Positions 50,297 to 60,561 of a stretch of DNA of 64,000 nucleotides are shown here, piece by piece. The notes beneath the pieces were generated by a model. It saw only the letters and a list, made by a program, of their open reading frames with translations, was not told the origin of the DNA and did no database searches. Made by a program: the position numbers and the translations under genes. This stretch comes from a virus (taxonomy: Duplodnaviria > Heunggongvirae > Uroviricota > Caudoviricetes): IMG/VR virus record IMGVR_UViG_3300033146_007472; one strand, written 5' to 3'. Position 1 is the stretch's first letter. Each line of letters begins with the position of its first letter.

Positions 50297-52078
50297 ATGA
50301 CCGAAAACAATAACTCTAAAGATGGTTCATCAGGTAAAGTTCCTGAGAAATCAGCAAAGCTAGAGTCAGGAAGTGCAGTAGCGGAAACAAAAAAGTCAAC
50401 GAAAGCTCAAACTGCTACAAGAGCTACGCCAGATGAAGTTACGCCAAAAAAGAAAGGTTTTAGCGGTTTTCAACGAAAGCCTAAAGAACCTAAATCTCCG
50501 AGAGAAAAAAAAGCTGCAGGACCAAGTGTAGTTGAAAAAATTAAAACTCTGCCAAAGAAGCAGCGGATTGGTTTAGTAGCCGTAGTGGTTTTCGTGTTAG
50601 CAGTAGCGATCGGTGCAATGTTAGTACCTTCAACAACTACGCCGAAAACTTCGAAAATGATGCTAAGTCAGCTTAGTAAAGCGAAAATAGCAACACCGGC
50701 AATAAAAAAAGCTTCTGCAGTAAAAGCAGAAATTACTGTAAAGACAAAAAAAGCACTACACATAGAGATTGCAAGGCCGGGTGATCTAGATACTACGGCT
50801 ACAACACTAGCACGATTACGCGACCTAGGAATGCAGACCTCGAAGTCTGAGGTAATAGTAAAAACACCGACACCTTCGACAGCACCGAGCGCAGTAGTTA
50901 AAGTGCGGAAGACTAAAAAACCAGCTGTCTTAGTACTAAAAACGTCTGAGCCTAAAAAAGTTGCGTCAAGATTAGTTATAAAAACGGCTCTTAGCTCAGG
51001 TGCAGAAGCAATTGAAAGAGCTGAACAAGCTGAAGAAGTTGCGTTACAGGCTAAGTTAGAGCGCTTATTTCCTAGTCGGAAAAAACCCATCCTAGAACTA
51101 ACTGAAAAAACCAAGGCTGCTGAAACTGTTCCCGTAAGCGTAATAACTACGGCTGAAGAAACTCAACGTGAGACTCGAGCAGTTACCGAAGCTTTAAAAG
51201 CGCCAGTTATCGAGTCCGAAGTATTAAATGCGAAACTAGAGCAGTTGTTTCCGACGCGTCAAAAAGCTACAGTAACAATTCGTGCTACTAAAGACACGGA
51301 ACCAGCATTGACCATAAAAGCTACGTCAGCCATAGCGGTAGCAAGCGTAATAGCTCCGGATGAAGATGCAGCTTTACAGGCAAAACTTGCGAGGCTCTTT
51401 CCGAATCGCGGGAAAGTTGTGTCGAAAGCGGCAGTGGTTGAACCAGTAGTAACAGCAGCCAACACATCACCGAAAACAGCCAAGATTTTAGTACTGACAA
51501 CGCCAGTGAAGCAAGAGAGGCTAAAAGTTAATAAACCGTCACTAAGCGTGAAAGCAGCAACGCCGCAAGTCTCAAAAACTAATATAACAGAAGAAGCAGC
51601 TCTACGAGCAAAACTTGCGAGGCTCTTTCCAGGTCGGACAGCAGTGCCGGTAGTAACCGCTAAAGTAGCCGAAGCAAAAAAACCGACATCACGTGTTAAA
51701 GTCACTCCGAAAACGAAGTCAACGATAACACAAGTCATAACGCAGCCGGAAACACGTAGCGTAGAAAAAGTAGTAGTAGTTAAGAAACACGTGACTATAG
51801 AAGAAACGGCCGCGCTGAAGCAACAAATTGCGTTACTACAGCAGCTAATGGAGCAGCAACAGCAACTAGCAAAAAAACAACAAGCACAACAGAAAAAGTT
51901 GCAAACTGCACAATATCTACAAGCCGCGCAATTTAAGCAACAAGCACAACGGTCGACTCAAGCACAATCTAGCACGCAAGCTGCAGATAGCTGTGAAGAA
52001 GCCGGTCAGTTTTCGAAAAACGGCAAAACTTGGCTGCTAATGCTCTGCGGAGACCGAGTTCATGAGATTGAATTATAA
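50297..52078 (+). CDS. membrane-anchored protein with four internal ALQAKLARLFPxR repeats and Q-rich coiled-coil C-terminus
   Basis: TM IGLVAVVVFVLAVAIGAML; repeats at aa about 245, 308, 360, 443; QQQQLAKKQQAQQKK. Confidence 0.55.
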   Translation: MTENNNSKDGSSGKVPEKSAKLESGSAVAETKKSTKAQTATRATPDEVTPKKKGFSGFQRKPKEPKSPREKKAAGPSVVEKIKTLPKKQRIGLVAVVVFVLAVAIGAMLVPSTTTPKTSKMMLSQLSKAKIATPAIKKASAVKAEITVKTKKALHIEIARPGDLDTTATTLARLRDLGMQTSKSEVIVKTPTPSTAPSAVVKVRKTKKPAVLVLKTSEPKKVASRLVIKTALSSGAEAIERAEQAEEVALQAKLERLFPSRKKPILELTEKTKAAETVPVSVITTAEETQRETRAVTEALKAPVIESEVLNAKLEQLFPTRQKATVTIRATKDTEPALTIKATSAIAVASVIAPDEDAALQAKLARLFPNRGKVVSKAAVVEPVVTAANTSPKTAKILVLTTPVKQERLKVNKPSLSVKAATPQVSKTNITEEAALRAKLARLFPGRTAVPVVTAKVAEAKKPTSRVKVTPKTKSTITQVITQPETRSVEKVVVVKKHVTIEETAALKQQIALLQQLMEQQQQLAKKQQAQQKKLQTAQYLQAAQFKQQAQRSTQAQSSTQAADSCEEAGQFSKNGKTWLLMLCGDRVHEIEL

Positions 52079-52209
52079 TTTTAAATAAAAAAGTTTTTAG
52101 CATTAAAACGGCTTTATCCTGAAAACGGATAAGGTCGTTTTTTGATTATAGAATCGTCTATTCATACTAGTTTAATCAGGACTGCTTTCTCGAACACTTG
52201 GAGGTTTAA

Positions 52210-55200
52210 ATGTTAGGAACTATGGGAATGCCAATGGGAGGGATGCAAGGGGACATGGGAATGTATCCGGGTATGATGCCTTCAACCGGCGATGAGCTCT
52301 ATGATGAATTGATTATGTTAGCACGGCAGTCCGGCGGAAACGGCGCCGTATTATATTTTTTGTTAATTCTAGCGCTAGTAATGGCAGCAGATCAAGTTAA
52401 CGAAAAAATAATTATTCCGGCAACCTACGGTATCGGAAATAACGCGATCGGCAAAGCAGCTTTAAAACCAGACCTAAAAATGGAAGCATTTGCAATAACT
52501 AAAACATTACTACATTTCGGAAGAACTCAAGAAGTTATTAATGCTGTTCGCCAGGACCCGGAAACGAACCAAGCGTATCGTGATATGCTTTCAGTTTCGC
52601 AAACTGGTGCTTGGATTGCAGAGTTAAAGACCTTAAAAGAAAAATATGAGAAATCAGAAGATGGTTTGGACCCAGAATTAGCGTTAATGCAGCAGTCACA
52701 AGCTTTAGCAGCTAAAATCACGGAAAAAGGAAATGAGTCTTTAGAAGATTTGCCGTATCATCTGCTTCAGTTAACAGCACAAACAACTAGTATAGATAAA
52801 ATACCACGGGCTGAGCTAGTAATGGTTTCAGAAGTTGAATTAAGCAAGCAAATGCTAAAAGATGCAAAAAGATCAGGTAAGATAGACGACTTGCTTGAAG
52901 CCGCAGTTTTTCAAGGATCACGGAAATTAGCGAAGTTAGCAGCAGCAACGACTGTCGCAAGTCAGATATGCGGAGTACCTGGAACATCTAGTGAGGCTAT
53001 TTTAACAAGACTCCGTGGTCAAGAAACACGCGATAAAAGTATCTTACGAAACGGAAAAATTACGCTTGACGGACAAGGTCTAACGAGTACAACAAATGCC
53101 GATGAATTTAAGAAAAGTATGTATCTGAAATTAGGAATTCAAAATGATTCTAACGGCGTTAAATTGACAGAAGCGCAAAAAACCGAGGCACTAAAAGCTA
53201 GCTTAAAAGACTTGTCAGTGTCAGAGCTTTCGGCGATGCTTCAAGAATCGATAGATAGCCAAATAGCCAAAAAAACTGATGCCTATGTTCAGCATTTTGA
53301 AGTTTTATTAACAACTTCAGAAACTGAAGCTAGACGTGTACTAGAGCTGACATTTCCGCAGCTTGTAAAACGTTTTCTAGATACGGAACAAGTCGGTACT
53401 TTTTCAAAGGCGGCGTTCCAGACTGCAATTTTGGCTGAGATAAAAAAAGATATCCAATTAGGTGATTCGGCGCCAAATCTGACCGATAACTTAGCCGAGA
53501 TACTAATGCATGAAAACGTAGAGATAGAATTCTATAAACAGAACGTAGACTTGCAGAAGCCGAAAAATGGCACACTTAAAGCCTACGTTTCGACGTTAAC
53601 AAACGGCACAGAACGTCTCGCGGCGTCAGTGACACTCGCTAATCTAGAAGAATTTGTAATAACTGCACATACACGCCCAGAAGCGATCAAGCAAAAAGCA
53701 CTCGCTCAAGAAAAGGCTAAGGCAGGTGATAAAGTACTAACGAAACTTCCACATGCTCAAGAGATGCTGAATCTCGAACATGCTGCTATTTTACTAGAAG
53801 TTGAAAAAAAATTAGCCTCGAAAGGTATAAACACTTCATTGCTTAAGAATTCAAAAATCTTACAAACTTTTAATGACGCTGATTTATACGCTAGCAATAC
53901 TTCAGAACGATATTCAAAAGAAAGTGACGTCGGCTTCTTGCGTAATATTTCAGCTGAAATAGTTGAAGAATTCGGTGATGAGTATAATCTGATTGTAGAT
54001 GAAGCGTTTGAAGCAGTGCAAGCAACTCCTCAAGAGTCTAAAGTTATTCGAAGTATGAATTATATGCTAAGCTCAATTAATGCTAAAAGCTCGGAAGTTT
54101 TATTTCAGCAGTTAAAAGACGACGAAGTTAAATGGACGGCTAAAGTTGAAGATTTGACAGATGACTCAGAATTTGTTGAAAATATTTATGCAACACTTAA
54201 TGGAACTAGTGCAGCGTTAGGCACGGCGTATAAGAATCATGTTAATACTACGTGTTTAGCTGAAAACAATCTAACTAAGCTGAACGGCGGTATTGCATTT
54301 TCGAATTCGTCACGTGAAGATCTTGTGAATTTCGTAAGTGACCAAACCGAGCAATTCGGTGTGATGAGCAGTGCAAAATTTATAGAAAATGAGTTAGGTA
54401 CAATTCAAGAAAAAGCGATGTCAGCGATTTCAAGGCTAGAAGTGGAGCGTGAAAAATTACAACACATGACTGGCGGCCATGAGCAAGGAATCCGTGGAAC
54501 ATTTATTCGTGATCAGCTTCTAGTTTCTCCAGAACTCGCAGCTGAAACCGTAGCCGGTGCATTAGATGATTACCTACAGATTCATGATCAAGCACAGAAG
54601 ATGATGACTGAGGCGCAAAAATCACCTGGGGCGTGGAAAAAATATAATAGCAAATCAGCCGAGCTTGAGAAGCTTCGAGAAGACAAGTTAAATAGTCAAA
54701 TGTACACAGTTGGTACGGTACAAATTTCGTTACGTGAGTTAATGAGTGAAATCGTCGAACCGCAGCAAAAACGGACTTTAGAACAATTATGGAAAGCTAA
54801 TAAGCGCGTAGAAGGCTATAATGCTGCATTACAAGATGCTGGAATTTTGTCCGCTGAAGAGGCACGGAAACTCGTAACGCGTGGATTAACAAGCAATGAG
54901 TCATTAAATAGAATAGAAGAGCTTAGAAAAGGTTTCGTAAAAAATGCAGTAACACGGTATTCAATGATGTTAGAAAACAAGCTTGTCATGGATAAAGATA
55001 CCGGAAGTATCAAAGCCGGCGCAGCGCCAGAGTTTATACACGCGAGAACTGCAGATATTACGCGTTATTCTGAAACCGGCGAAGTTTCAGCAGCATTAAA
55101 AGACCAACTTGCGCTAGTCGCAAAAAGCTCACCGGAAGGAACGAAATTACCGCCGGAGAACCCAATGCATCAGGCAGTTGAGATTTTGGTTCCTGGGTAT

Positions 55201-55623
55201 CAAGATATTGGAAAAGATTTGAATATCACGAAAGAAACCTTCAAAACTGCACAACTCTTCGCGGAAAAAGGGTTGAAAAATTTTGATAAATTATTTATTG
55301 AACCGGTAATGATACAATCGTTAAATGCAAAAGCACAAGAGTCTACGCGAAAGTTATTCGGTAAACAGTTGAGTCAAGAATCCGTCGCCGGTACGATTCA
55401 TGAAATGTCCGAGATTTTAGAGGCAGTCTGTAGCACGTCATCTTCTAATATTGCAAAAATGCTAACAAAAGAAAAGCAGAAAGATTTTATAGACGGGCAT
55501 TATGAATCTCGTGTCGGAAAGAGTCGCAAAAACACGCGTACTGGACGAAGTGCGGATGATATTATAAATGCAGACACAGTGATCCAACGCTCGACAGTTA
55601 AGAGCGCTCACCTTGGAAGATAG
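52210..55623 (+). CDS. giant hypothetical protein (1137 aa), Met/Gly-rich N-terminus plus one TM, largely helical
   Basis: MLGTMGMPMGGMQGDMGMYPGMMP; TM AVLYFLLILALVMAA; no Walker motifs found. Confidence 0.6.
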   Translation: MLGTMGMPMGGMQGDMGMYPGMMPSTGDELYDELIMLARQSGGNGAVLYFLLILALVMAADQVNEKIIIPATYGIGNNAIGKAALKPDLKMEAFAITKTLLHFGRTQEVINAVRQDPETNQAYRDMLSVSQTGAWIAELKTLKEKYEKSEDGLDPELALMQQSQALAAKITEKGNESLEDLPYHLLQLTAQTTSIDKIPRAELVMVSEVELSKQMLKDAKRSGKIDDLLEAAVFQGSRKLAKLAAATTVASQICGVPGTSSEAILTRLRGQETRDKSILRNGKITLDGQGLTSTTNADEFKKSMYLKLGIQNDSNGVKLTEAQKTEALKASLKDLSVSELSAMLQESIDSQIAKKTDAYVQHFEVLLTTSETEARRVLELTFPQLVKRFLDTEQVGTFSKAAFQTAILAEIKKDIQLGDSAPNLTDNLAEILMHENVEIEFYKQNVDLQKPKNGTLKAYVSTLTNGTERLAASVTLANLEEFVITAHTRPEAIKQKALAQEKAKAGDKVLTKLPHAQEMLNLEHAAILLEVEKKLASKGINTSLLKNSKILQTFNDADLYASNTSERYSKESDVGFLRNISAEIVEEFGDEYNLIVDEAFEAVQATPQESKVIRSMNYMLSSINAKSSEVLFQQLKDDEVKWTAKVEDLTDDSEFVENIYATLNGTSAALGTAYKNHVNTTCLAENNLTKLNGGIAFSNSSREDLVNFVSDQTEQFGVMSSAKFIENELGTIQEKAMSAISRLEVEREKLQHMTGGHEQGIRGTFIRDQLLVSPELAAETVAGALDDYLQIHDQAQKMMTEAQKSPGAWKKYNSKSAELEKLREDKLNSQMYTVGTVQISLRELMSEIVEPQQKRTLEQLWKANKRVEGYNAALQDAGILSAEEARKLVTRGLTSNESLNRIEELRKGFVKNAVTRYSMMLENKLVMDKDTGSIKAGAAPEFIHARTADITRYSETGEVSAALKDQLALVAKSSPEGTKLPPENPMHQAVEILVPGYQDIGKDLNITKETFKTAQLFAEKGLKNFDKLFIEPVMIQSLNAKAQESTRKLFGKQLSQESVAGTIHEMSEILEAVCSTSSSNIAKMLTKEKQKDFIDGHYESRVGKSRKNTRTGRSADDIINADTVIQRSTVKSAHLGR

Positions 55624-55697
55624 CTAAAGATATCTCTAAGCTAAATAGTCGTGTATAAATTCAAAATGATACTAGCTATTTACGACCTTCAATTCGC

Positions 55698-56282
55698 GTG
55701 TTGATACGTGTTATAGTCAGTAGTATGTTTAGTCTACTAGTTATGATGAGTAGTGTTTCAGCTGAGATGTTCCAGTGGCCAGCAGTCACGGCTAGCGTTA
55801 AATGGGCTGCAGCACGCTACGAGGTTGATGAAAGAATTCTAAACGCCATTCGAGAAGTAGAATCTAAAGGTAATCCGTATGCTTTTAATTTACAAGCCTA
55901 TATAACCTTAGATAAGAAATTAGATAACCTAGGTGTCGAGTATATAGCTGGCGACTGGAAAAATCGGAAGATGTATAGTGTCTTTCCAGAAACAAAACAA
56001 CAAGCCGTACGAGTCGTACAACAAATTATTCCGCATTGTATGTCATATGACATAGGGTGGTTCCAGATTTCCAAAGGAAAAATAGAAGACAATCATATTA
56101 AACTAGAAGATCTTTTAATTCCTCAGTATAATGCAGCCTGGGGAGCAAAGATTTTTCATGACTGCGTCAAAAAGGAGAATACACTGTGGAAAGCCGTCGA
56201 ATGTTATCATCGTGGATCATCAAGAGAACGAATTACGTCTTACTCGCATTTAGTTTATCAGTCATATTTGGCGCAACCATAG
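55698..56282 (+). CDS. VirB1/Slt-like lytic transglycosylase
   Basis: signal peptide; SLT motif AIREVESKGNPYAF and G.FQIS. Confidence 0.6.
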   Translation: MLIRVIVSSMFSLLVMMSSVSAEMFQWPAVTASVKWAAARYEVDERILNAIREVESKGNPYAFNLQAYITLDKKLDNLGVEYIAGDWKNRKMYSVFPETKQQAVRVVQQIIPHCMSYDIGWFQISKGKIEDNHIKLEDLLIPQYNAAWGAKIFHDCVKKENTLWKAVECYHRGSSRERITSYSHLVYQSYLAQP

Positions 56283-56818
56283 CGAGTGCGTCAGCTTTTT
56301 CGTCAAGTTCATTACATGTCGGTTCAACTCCGGCATTTATCTTGAATGTTAAAGCTGCACTAGATTCTGAAACAATGGCCGTGTTTGATAATATGCCATT
56401 AGAACAAGTCGCAGAGCGTATTAGCTCGCAACTCGGTGTGTCCGTATACGTGGACTCCGTAATAGCGAAGAGTCTCGTAAACATAGTAAGTGAACGAACT
56501 ACGTACCGCGAACTTTTAGAAAAGATTACAGCATCGACGCAAGTCTTTTTAGTTTACCGTGATGGATTTATTCTATTTACTCCAGCCGCAGAATTTAATA
56601 TGGTAGCATCATCGACATTACAAGACTCGCCAACGTTGATTAAATTCTCGAAAACTTTAGTTGATCCGGAATCTGTGTTACGCGTCGAAGATAATCAGCT
56701 CCGCGCAATCTTAACACGACATGATTTGTTGAAAATGCGAAGCCTTGCATTAAACTCAGGATTGAAATTAGAAATTGTTACAACTGATTTAGTCATCGGC
56801 AAATTTGGAAAACTTTGA
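56186..56818 (+). CDS. secreted protein with secretin-N/STN-like domain
   Basis: GTG start with AAGGAG SD; signal peptide; LNVKAALDSETMAVFDNMPLEQVAERISSQLGVSVYVD resembles STN; overlaps previous gene by 97 nt. Confidence 0.4.
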   Translation: MESRRMLSSWIIKRTNYVLLAFSLSVIFGATIASASAFSSSSLHVGSTPAFILNVKAALDSETMAVFDNMPLEQVAERISSQLGVSVYVDSVIAKSLVNIVSERTTYRELLEKITASTQVFLVYRDGFILFTPAAEFNMVASSTLQDSPTLIKFSKTLVDPESVLRVEDNQLRAILTRHDLLKMRSLALNSGLKLEIVTTDLVIGKFGKL

Positions 56819-56951
56819 AAGTAATTAGAAAGGAAAGCATCTCTATGCAATAGCTTAATACATAGCTAAGCTGCTATAATAATTCCGTCAGGTATGTGGA
56901 AGTATCTAGACGCGTGCGATAGCTGCTTAAAACACCTACATTTATAAGGGG

Positions 56952-57962
56952 ATGAACAGAATGTCATTTATTTGTGAAGGACGAGACAGTGATTTTGAAA
57001 ATGCTGTTTCAGAAGTCCTAAAACTTCGTAGTGAGCTGTTAATGTCGTTTGATTACGCCGAGCTCTTAAAATTAACACGAGACGACGCATTAGCATTCGT
57101 CGATTCAATAAAAAAGAATCCAGGAGAGCATTGGCAGAAACTTAATGCTTTTTTAAAGTTGCCAGAAGTAGAAAAACAGCAAATTATAGACCGCATTGCA
57201 ACAAATCCAGAAGAGGCAGATTTGCCGGCTGTCCATCTTCAAGCTTTACGACAACTTTCAACGCTAAATGATGATAACAAAGAACGCATCAAACGCGCCG
57301 TTGAAGATCAAGTCAATATGATGGTTGATGCACTTGATTTAAAAAAACTTGTCGGAAAGAATCAACATAAGTATTTCGGCGGTGTTGAAATTTCAGTGTC
57401 ACATATTTTTAATGCAATCTATGAAATGGCGCAGCGCTTAAGCAAATACAACGGCTCAATTGCCTATCTAAATACTTGGATTCGTGCATATTCTAGCCAT
57501 GAATCAGCATTCGAAACTGCGAATTTAACAATTGCTAACGCCAGCAAGTTACAAATTGTAGAATTAGACGCAACTTTTGACGACGATGCTAAACCAAGTG
57601 ATCGTTTCGGTGCAGAAGACTTTTCAATCAGTTCTTTAGAAGACGCTGAGACGGAGTATCTAATTTTACAAGGATTTGTAGAAGGTGCACAAAACTTTAA
57701 ATTAGATGTAACAGCACAACAACATGCTACGCGGTTAACTGAAATTTTTCAGAATGTTCAGAGATTATTCCGCTTGCAGCAATTTGATGAAGTTCACGCA
57801 GAGTTTGAAGAAGCCTTGCCGATTATTACAGAGATTAGCGCAGCATTGCCGTTAAAGAAGCGTCAAGAATTACAACAAAAAACCATGCGCTCAGCGGAAG
57901 CCGCAGTTGACTTTAGCGGTAGCGCAAGTAACGCGAAAAGTAGTGGCAAAGCTTTAAGTTAA
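56952..57962 (+). CDS. hypothetical protein (336 aa)
   Basis: ORF track. Confidence 0.5.
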   Translation: MNRMSFICEGRDSDFENAVSEVLKLRSELLMSFDYAELLKLTRDDALAFVDSIKKNPGEHWQKLNAFLKLPEVEKQQIIDRIATNPEEADLPAVHLQALRQLSTLNDDNKERIKRAVEDQVNMMVDALDLKKLVGKNQHKYFGGVEISVSHIFNAIYEMAQRLSKYNGSIAYLNTWIRAYSSHESAFETANLTIANASKLQIVELDATFDDDAKPSDRFGAEDFSISSLEDAETEYLILQGFVEGAQNFKLDVTAQQHATRLTEIFQNVQRLFRLQQFDEVHAEFEEALPIITEISAALPLKKRQELQQKTMRSAEAAVDFSGSASNAKSSGKALS

Positions 57963-58118
57963 TTATAATATTTTTAGAAAGCAAGATACTGAATCCGGGA
58001 GCTTCGACTGAAGTTCCCGTTTTGGGGTTCTAAAGGCTTAAAGTACGAAGAATGCTCGAGACTTAAATAGAAACTATCATAGAGCTAATTTAAAACTCGA
58101 GAAGAGGACCCGGGAGCT

Positions 58119-58604
58119 CTAGAGAGGAGACTTAGAGGTAAACGAAACGCACATACATTCATCTATTGCATTTAAATCAAAGACTAGTTGAGCTTCATGC
58201 AATTGTTGAAGAACATAATGAGTATTAGCCATGTTCTTCGTGAGTATTGAAACATGAGTAGTTGGAAACTCGCAGAGTGCTTCAAAGATAGAGTCATAGA
58301 AGGTCTGTAAGAATAGCTGCGGAGACCGACTGCTGTTTATAAGCGCAGAGTCCCGTAAAAAAATGAGACGCGGTAATTGTTGCCGCAGCACACGACGTGT
58401 GCTAGGTGGTAATGCTTCAGCATGCAGAAGTACAAACGTTGTAGGAGTCTTAAGCGCAGAGCAGAAAAATTTGCGTAAACTGGAAGTTGAGTGTGTGATT
58501 TGTATAGCTTGAGAAATAAGTAGCGCATCACCGATGACAAAAGAACCTTCTCCCCGTGACAGAAAGGTAAGTGCTTTCTTAGTCCAAGAAGAAGGTTCAG
58601 TCAT
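58119..58604 (-). CDS. hypothetical protein
   Basis: ORF track; last gene of minus-strand operon. Confidence 0.45.
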   Translation of the reverse strand: MTEPSSWTKKALTFLSRGEGSFVIGDALLISQAIQITHSTSSLRKFFCSALKTPTTFVLLHAEALPPSTRRVLRQQLPRLIFLRDSALINSSRSPQLFLQTFYDSIFEALCEFPTTHVSILTKNMANTHYVLQQLHEAQLVFDLNAIDECMCVSFTSKSPL

Positions 58605-58612
58605 TTAGTAGC

Positions 58613-59785
58613 CTATTTCGTAGTATATAAGAAAGTAACTTCAGCCGGCTCAATTACAAAGAATGTTGCAATAGTTAATGGAGCAACGATATTAACTGGC
58701 AGAGTTCTTGATTTGATAAACGCAAGTTCTTCATTTATAGAATTTACCGTAGCTTCACCGGCGGCGTAAGCCGCGTATGTATCCGGGTCAATAATATTAG
58801 TTTCTTGAACAATGACGTCACCAGTAACGTATGTTGAAGTTTCTTCAAGTGCATCATGATGCGCGGTAAAATACTCCTGAAGTCCAGCCGGAAAAGCACT
58901 TAATGCAATACGTCGCGGTGCTTGAGAGTAATACTGGCCTGGAATACCTTCCGTATAATCGTCTCCCTGAGCGTAAGAACTAAGTTTAACGTATTTGGTT
59001 GGACACGAAATTGAAGTTACAGTTGCAAGTACACGAGTTGTAAGCGGATCAAGCTGTGCTTCACCATAGACCATGCAGTCTTCGTAGTCTCGAGTTTCGA
59101 AACCAGGCGCGATTAAGTCACTAAGTACCCCAGTAAATCTAGACGGTCTGGAAGATGTTGCTACAAGACCGTTGATTAGCTGAACCTTGAAAAACGTTCC
59201 TGGAAGTAAGACTTCGCGGGCGCCAGTATCAGTAGCAGTCGGCGTAGTAGCTGTCGGCGTAGCGGCAACAGCTGGAGCAATCGCATCGGTGATTTCAGGT
59301 TCAACAACCGCGCCTTCAATCAACACTAAAGACGTAGGAACATAATCGACGTCATAGATTTTTCGTATCCGTTCTTGAGCTAAAATAGCACGCGTAGGCG
59401 TAGTTTTAGAAGCTGCGGATTTAGATTTCTTAGACGTTTTCGGCTCCGCCGGACTACGTTCAATAATCACCGTGCTCTTTCTCGGTGATGGATCAGTAGC
59501 ACCAGATTTCCCATTGAGTGTCGCGTTTAGTTTGCGACGATCATAAGATGCTTCAAGTTCCGGTGTGATGATTCGCGCGTGTGAATTATCCTGTAGCGCA
59601 GTAGGCACCATATCTTTAGTAGTCGTTTCAAGTGCTACCGAGGCACTCGATGGCGTGGTGTCAGGTTTTTTAGCAGGATTGCTTAGCAACAAAAAAACAA
59701 CGAGACCGACTGCGCCAAAAACGGCTAATCCACCTTTCTTCGTTTTTAGTTTCGCGACAAGTTCATCAATACGTGGGTTCGCCAT
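58613..59785 (-). CDS. VirB10/TrbI-like bitopic membrane protein (tentative)
   Basis: short cytoplasmic N-term, one TM, Pro/Thr-rich linker, C-terminal LLPGTFFKVQLINGLVATSSRPSRFTGVLSDLI resembling TrbI core. Confidence 0.35.
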   Translation of the reverse strand: MANPRIDELVAKLKTKKGGLAVFGAVGLVVFLLLSNPAKKPDTTPSSASVALETTTKDMVPTALQDNSHARIITPELEASYDRRKLNATLNGKSGATDPSPRKSTVIIERSPAEPKTSKKSKSAASKTTPTRAILAQERIRKIYDVDYVPTSLVLIEGAVVEPEITDAIAPAVAATPTATTPTATDTGAREVLLPGTFFKVQLINGLVATSSRPSRFTGVLSDLIAPGFETRDYEDCMVYGEAQLDPLTTRVLATVTSISCPTKYVKLSSYAQGDDYTEGIPGQYYSQAPRRIALSAFPAGLQEYFTAHHDALEETSTYVTGDVIVQETNIIDPDTYAAYAAGEATVNSINEELAFIKSRTLPVNIVAPLTIATFFVIEPAEVTFLYTTK

Positions 59786-59792
59786 TTTAACC

Positions 59793-60164
59793 TCATTTCG
59801 CAGTTCGTTGAGAATAGACTCGCGGACAAATTAATTCAACAGCAGCGTTAGTGCGCCCAGTCATTCGACAGCGTTTCCAGCTCGTAGAGTCATAAGAGCG
59901 CGTCTTCACAAGAATCTTGCTAAACGGTGATGTTTTGGACCAACATTCTTGAATTACAAGACCACGCCCACCAGCTGGATCACGGATTTCAAAAGATTTA
60001 TCTTCGCAAGTCATAGTTGAGAGTGCCGGTAACGTCCAATCCGAAACGGATTCAACATCAGAGAAGAACATGCCTTCGGAGGTAATGGTATATTCAGCTA
60101 AAGTAGCCGAGGCTGAAAAAGCCAGTAACATTACAAGAAACATCCAAATTTTAGCTTTCATCAT
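59793..60164 (-). CDS. small secreted protein
   Basis: signal peptide MMKAKIWMFLVMLLAFSASATLA. Confidence 0.4.
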   Translation of the reverse strand: MMKAKIWMFLVMLLAFSASATLAEYTITSEGMFFSDVESVSDWTLPALSTMTCEDKSFEIRDPAGGRGLVIQECWSKTSPFSKILVKTRSYDSTSWKRCRMTGRTNAAVELICPRVYSQRTAK

Positions 60165-60549
60165 CGGTATCCTTTTCGGAGTCAGATTGTTTAGTTATAA
60201 ATTCTGCTGCATTTTCAGCGAGTGTATTTGCAGCTGCAGCTTGTAGCGCACCTTCAGAGACAATACGAACGTTGTCAATTTTTTCAATCAAGTCCGGAAT
60301 CAGCGCCAGTAGTTGCGAAGTTTCCGGAACTAAGTTTAAGATCATATGGATCTCGTCCGGAACATTTTCAAGTGACAAGTGACCTTTAGTCAGTGTTAAT
60401 GACATAGTCGAGAAGTCTAACGCCGTTAATAAATCACGAAGAAATAAAAATGGCTCAATATCGTCTTCTAGAGTTTCTTCTACAGGCTCTTCGACTTCTA
60501 GAGACTTCACGGACGGAGTCGTCTTCTCAATGTTATCACCAAGTGCCAT
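60151..60549 (-). CDS. acidic hypothetical protein
   Basis: ORF track; D/E-rich. Confidence 0.4.
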   Translation of the reverse strand: MALGDNIEKTTPSVKSLEVEEPVEETLEDDIEPFLFLRDLLTALDFSTMSLTLTKGHLSLENVPDEIHMILNLVPETSQLLALIPDLIEKIDNVRIVSEGALQAAAANTLAENAAEFITKQSDSEKDTDDES

Positions 60550-60561
60550 GGTATGCTCCTA

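Noticed and set aside
50668-51738. Minus-strand ORFs 50668..51114 and 51259..51738
   Set aside because: Antisense to the repeat-protein gene; Ala/Ser/Val-rich artefacts.
58613-59785. Alternative call of the 390-aa bitopic protein as Flp-pilus CpaB/RcpC
   Set aside because: Too long and Pro/Thr-linker-rich for CpaB. The C-terminal pattern fits TrbI/VirB10 better, but the call remains tentative.
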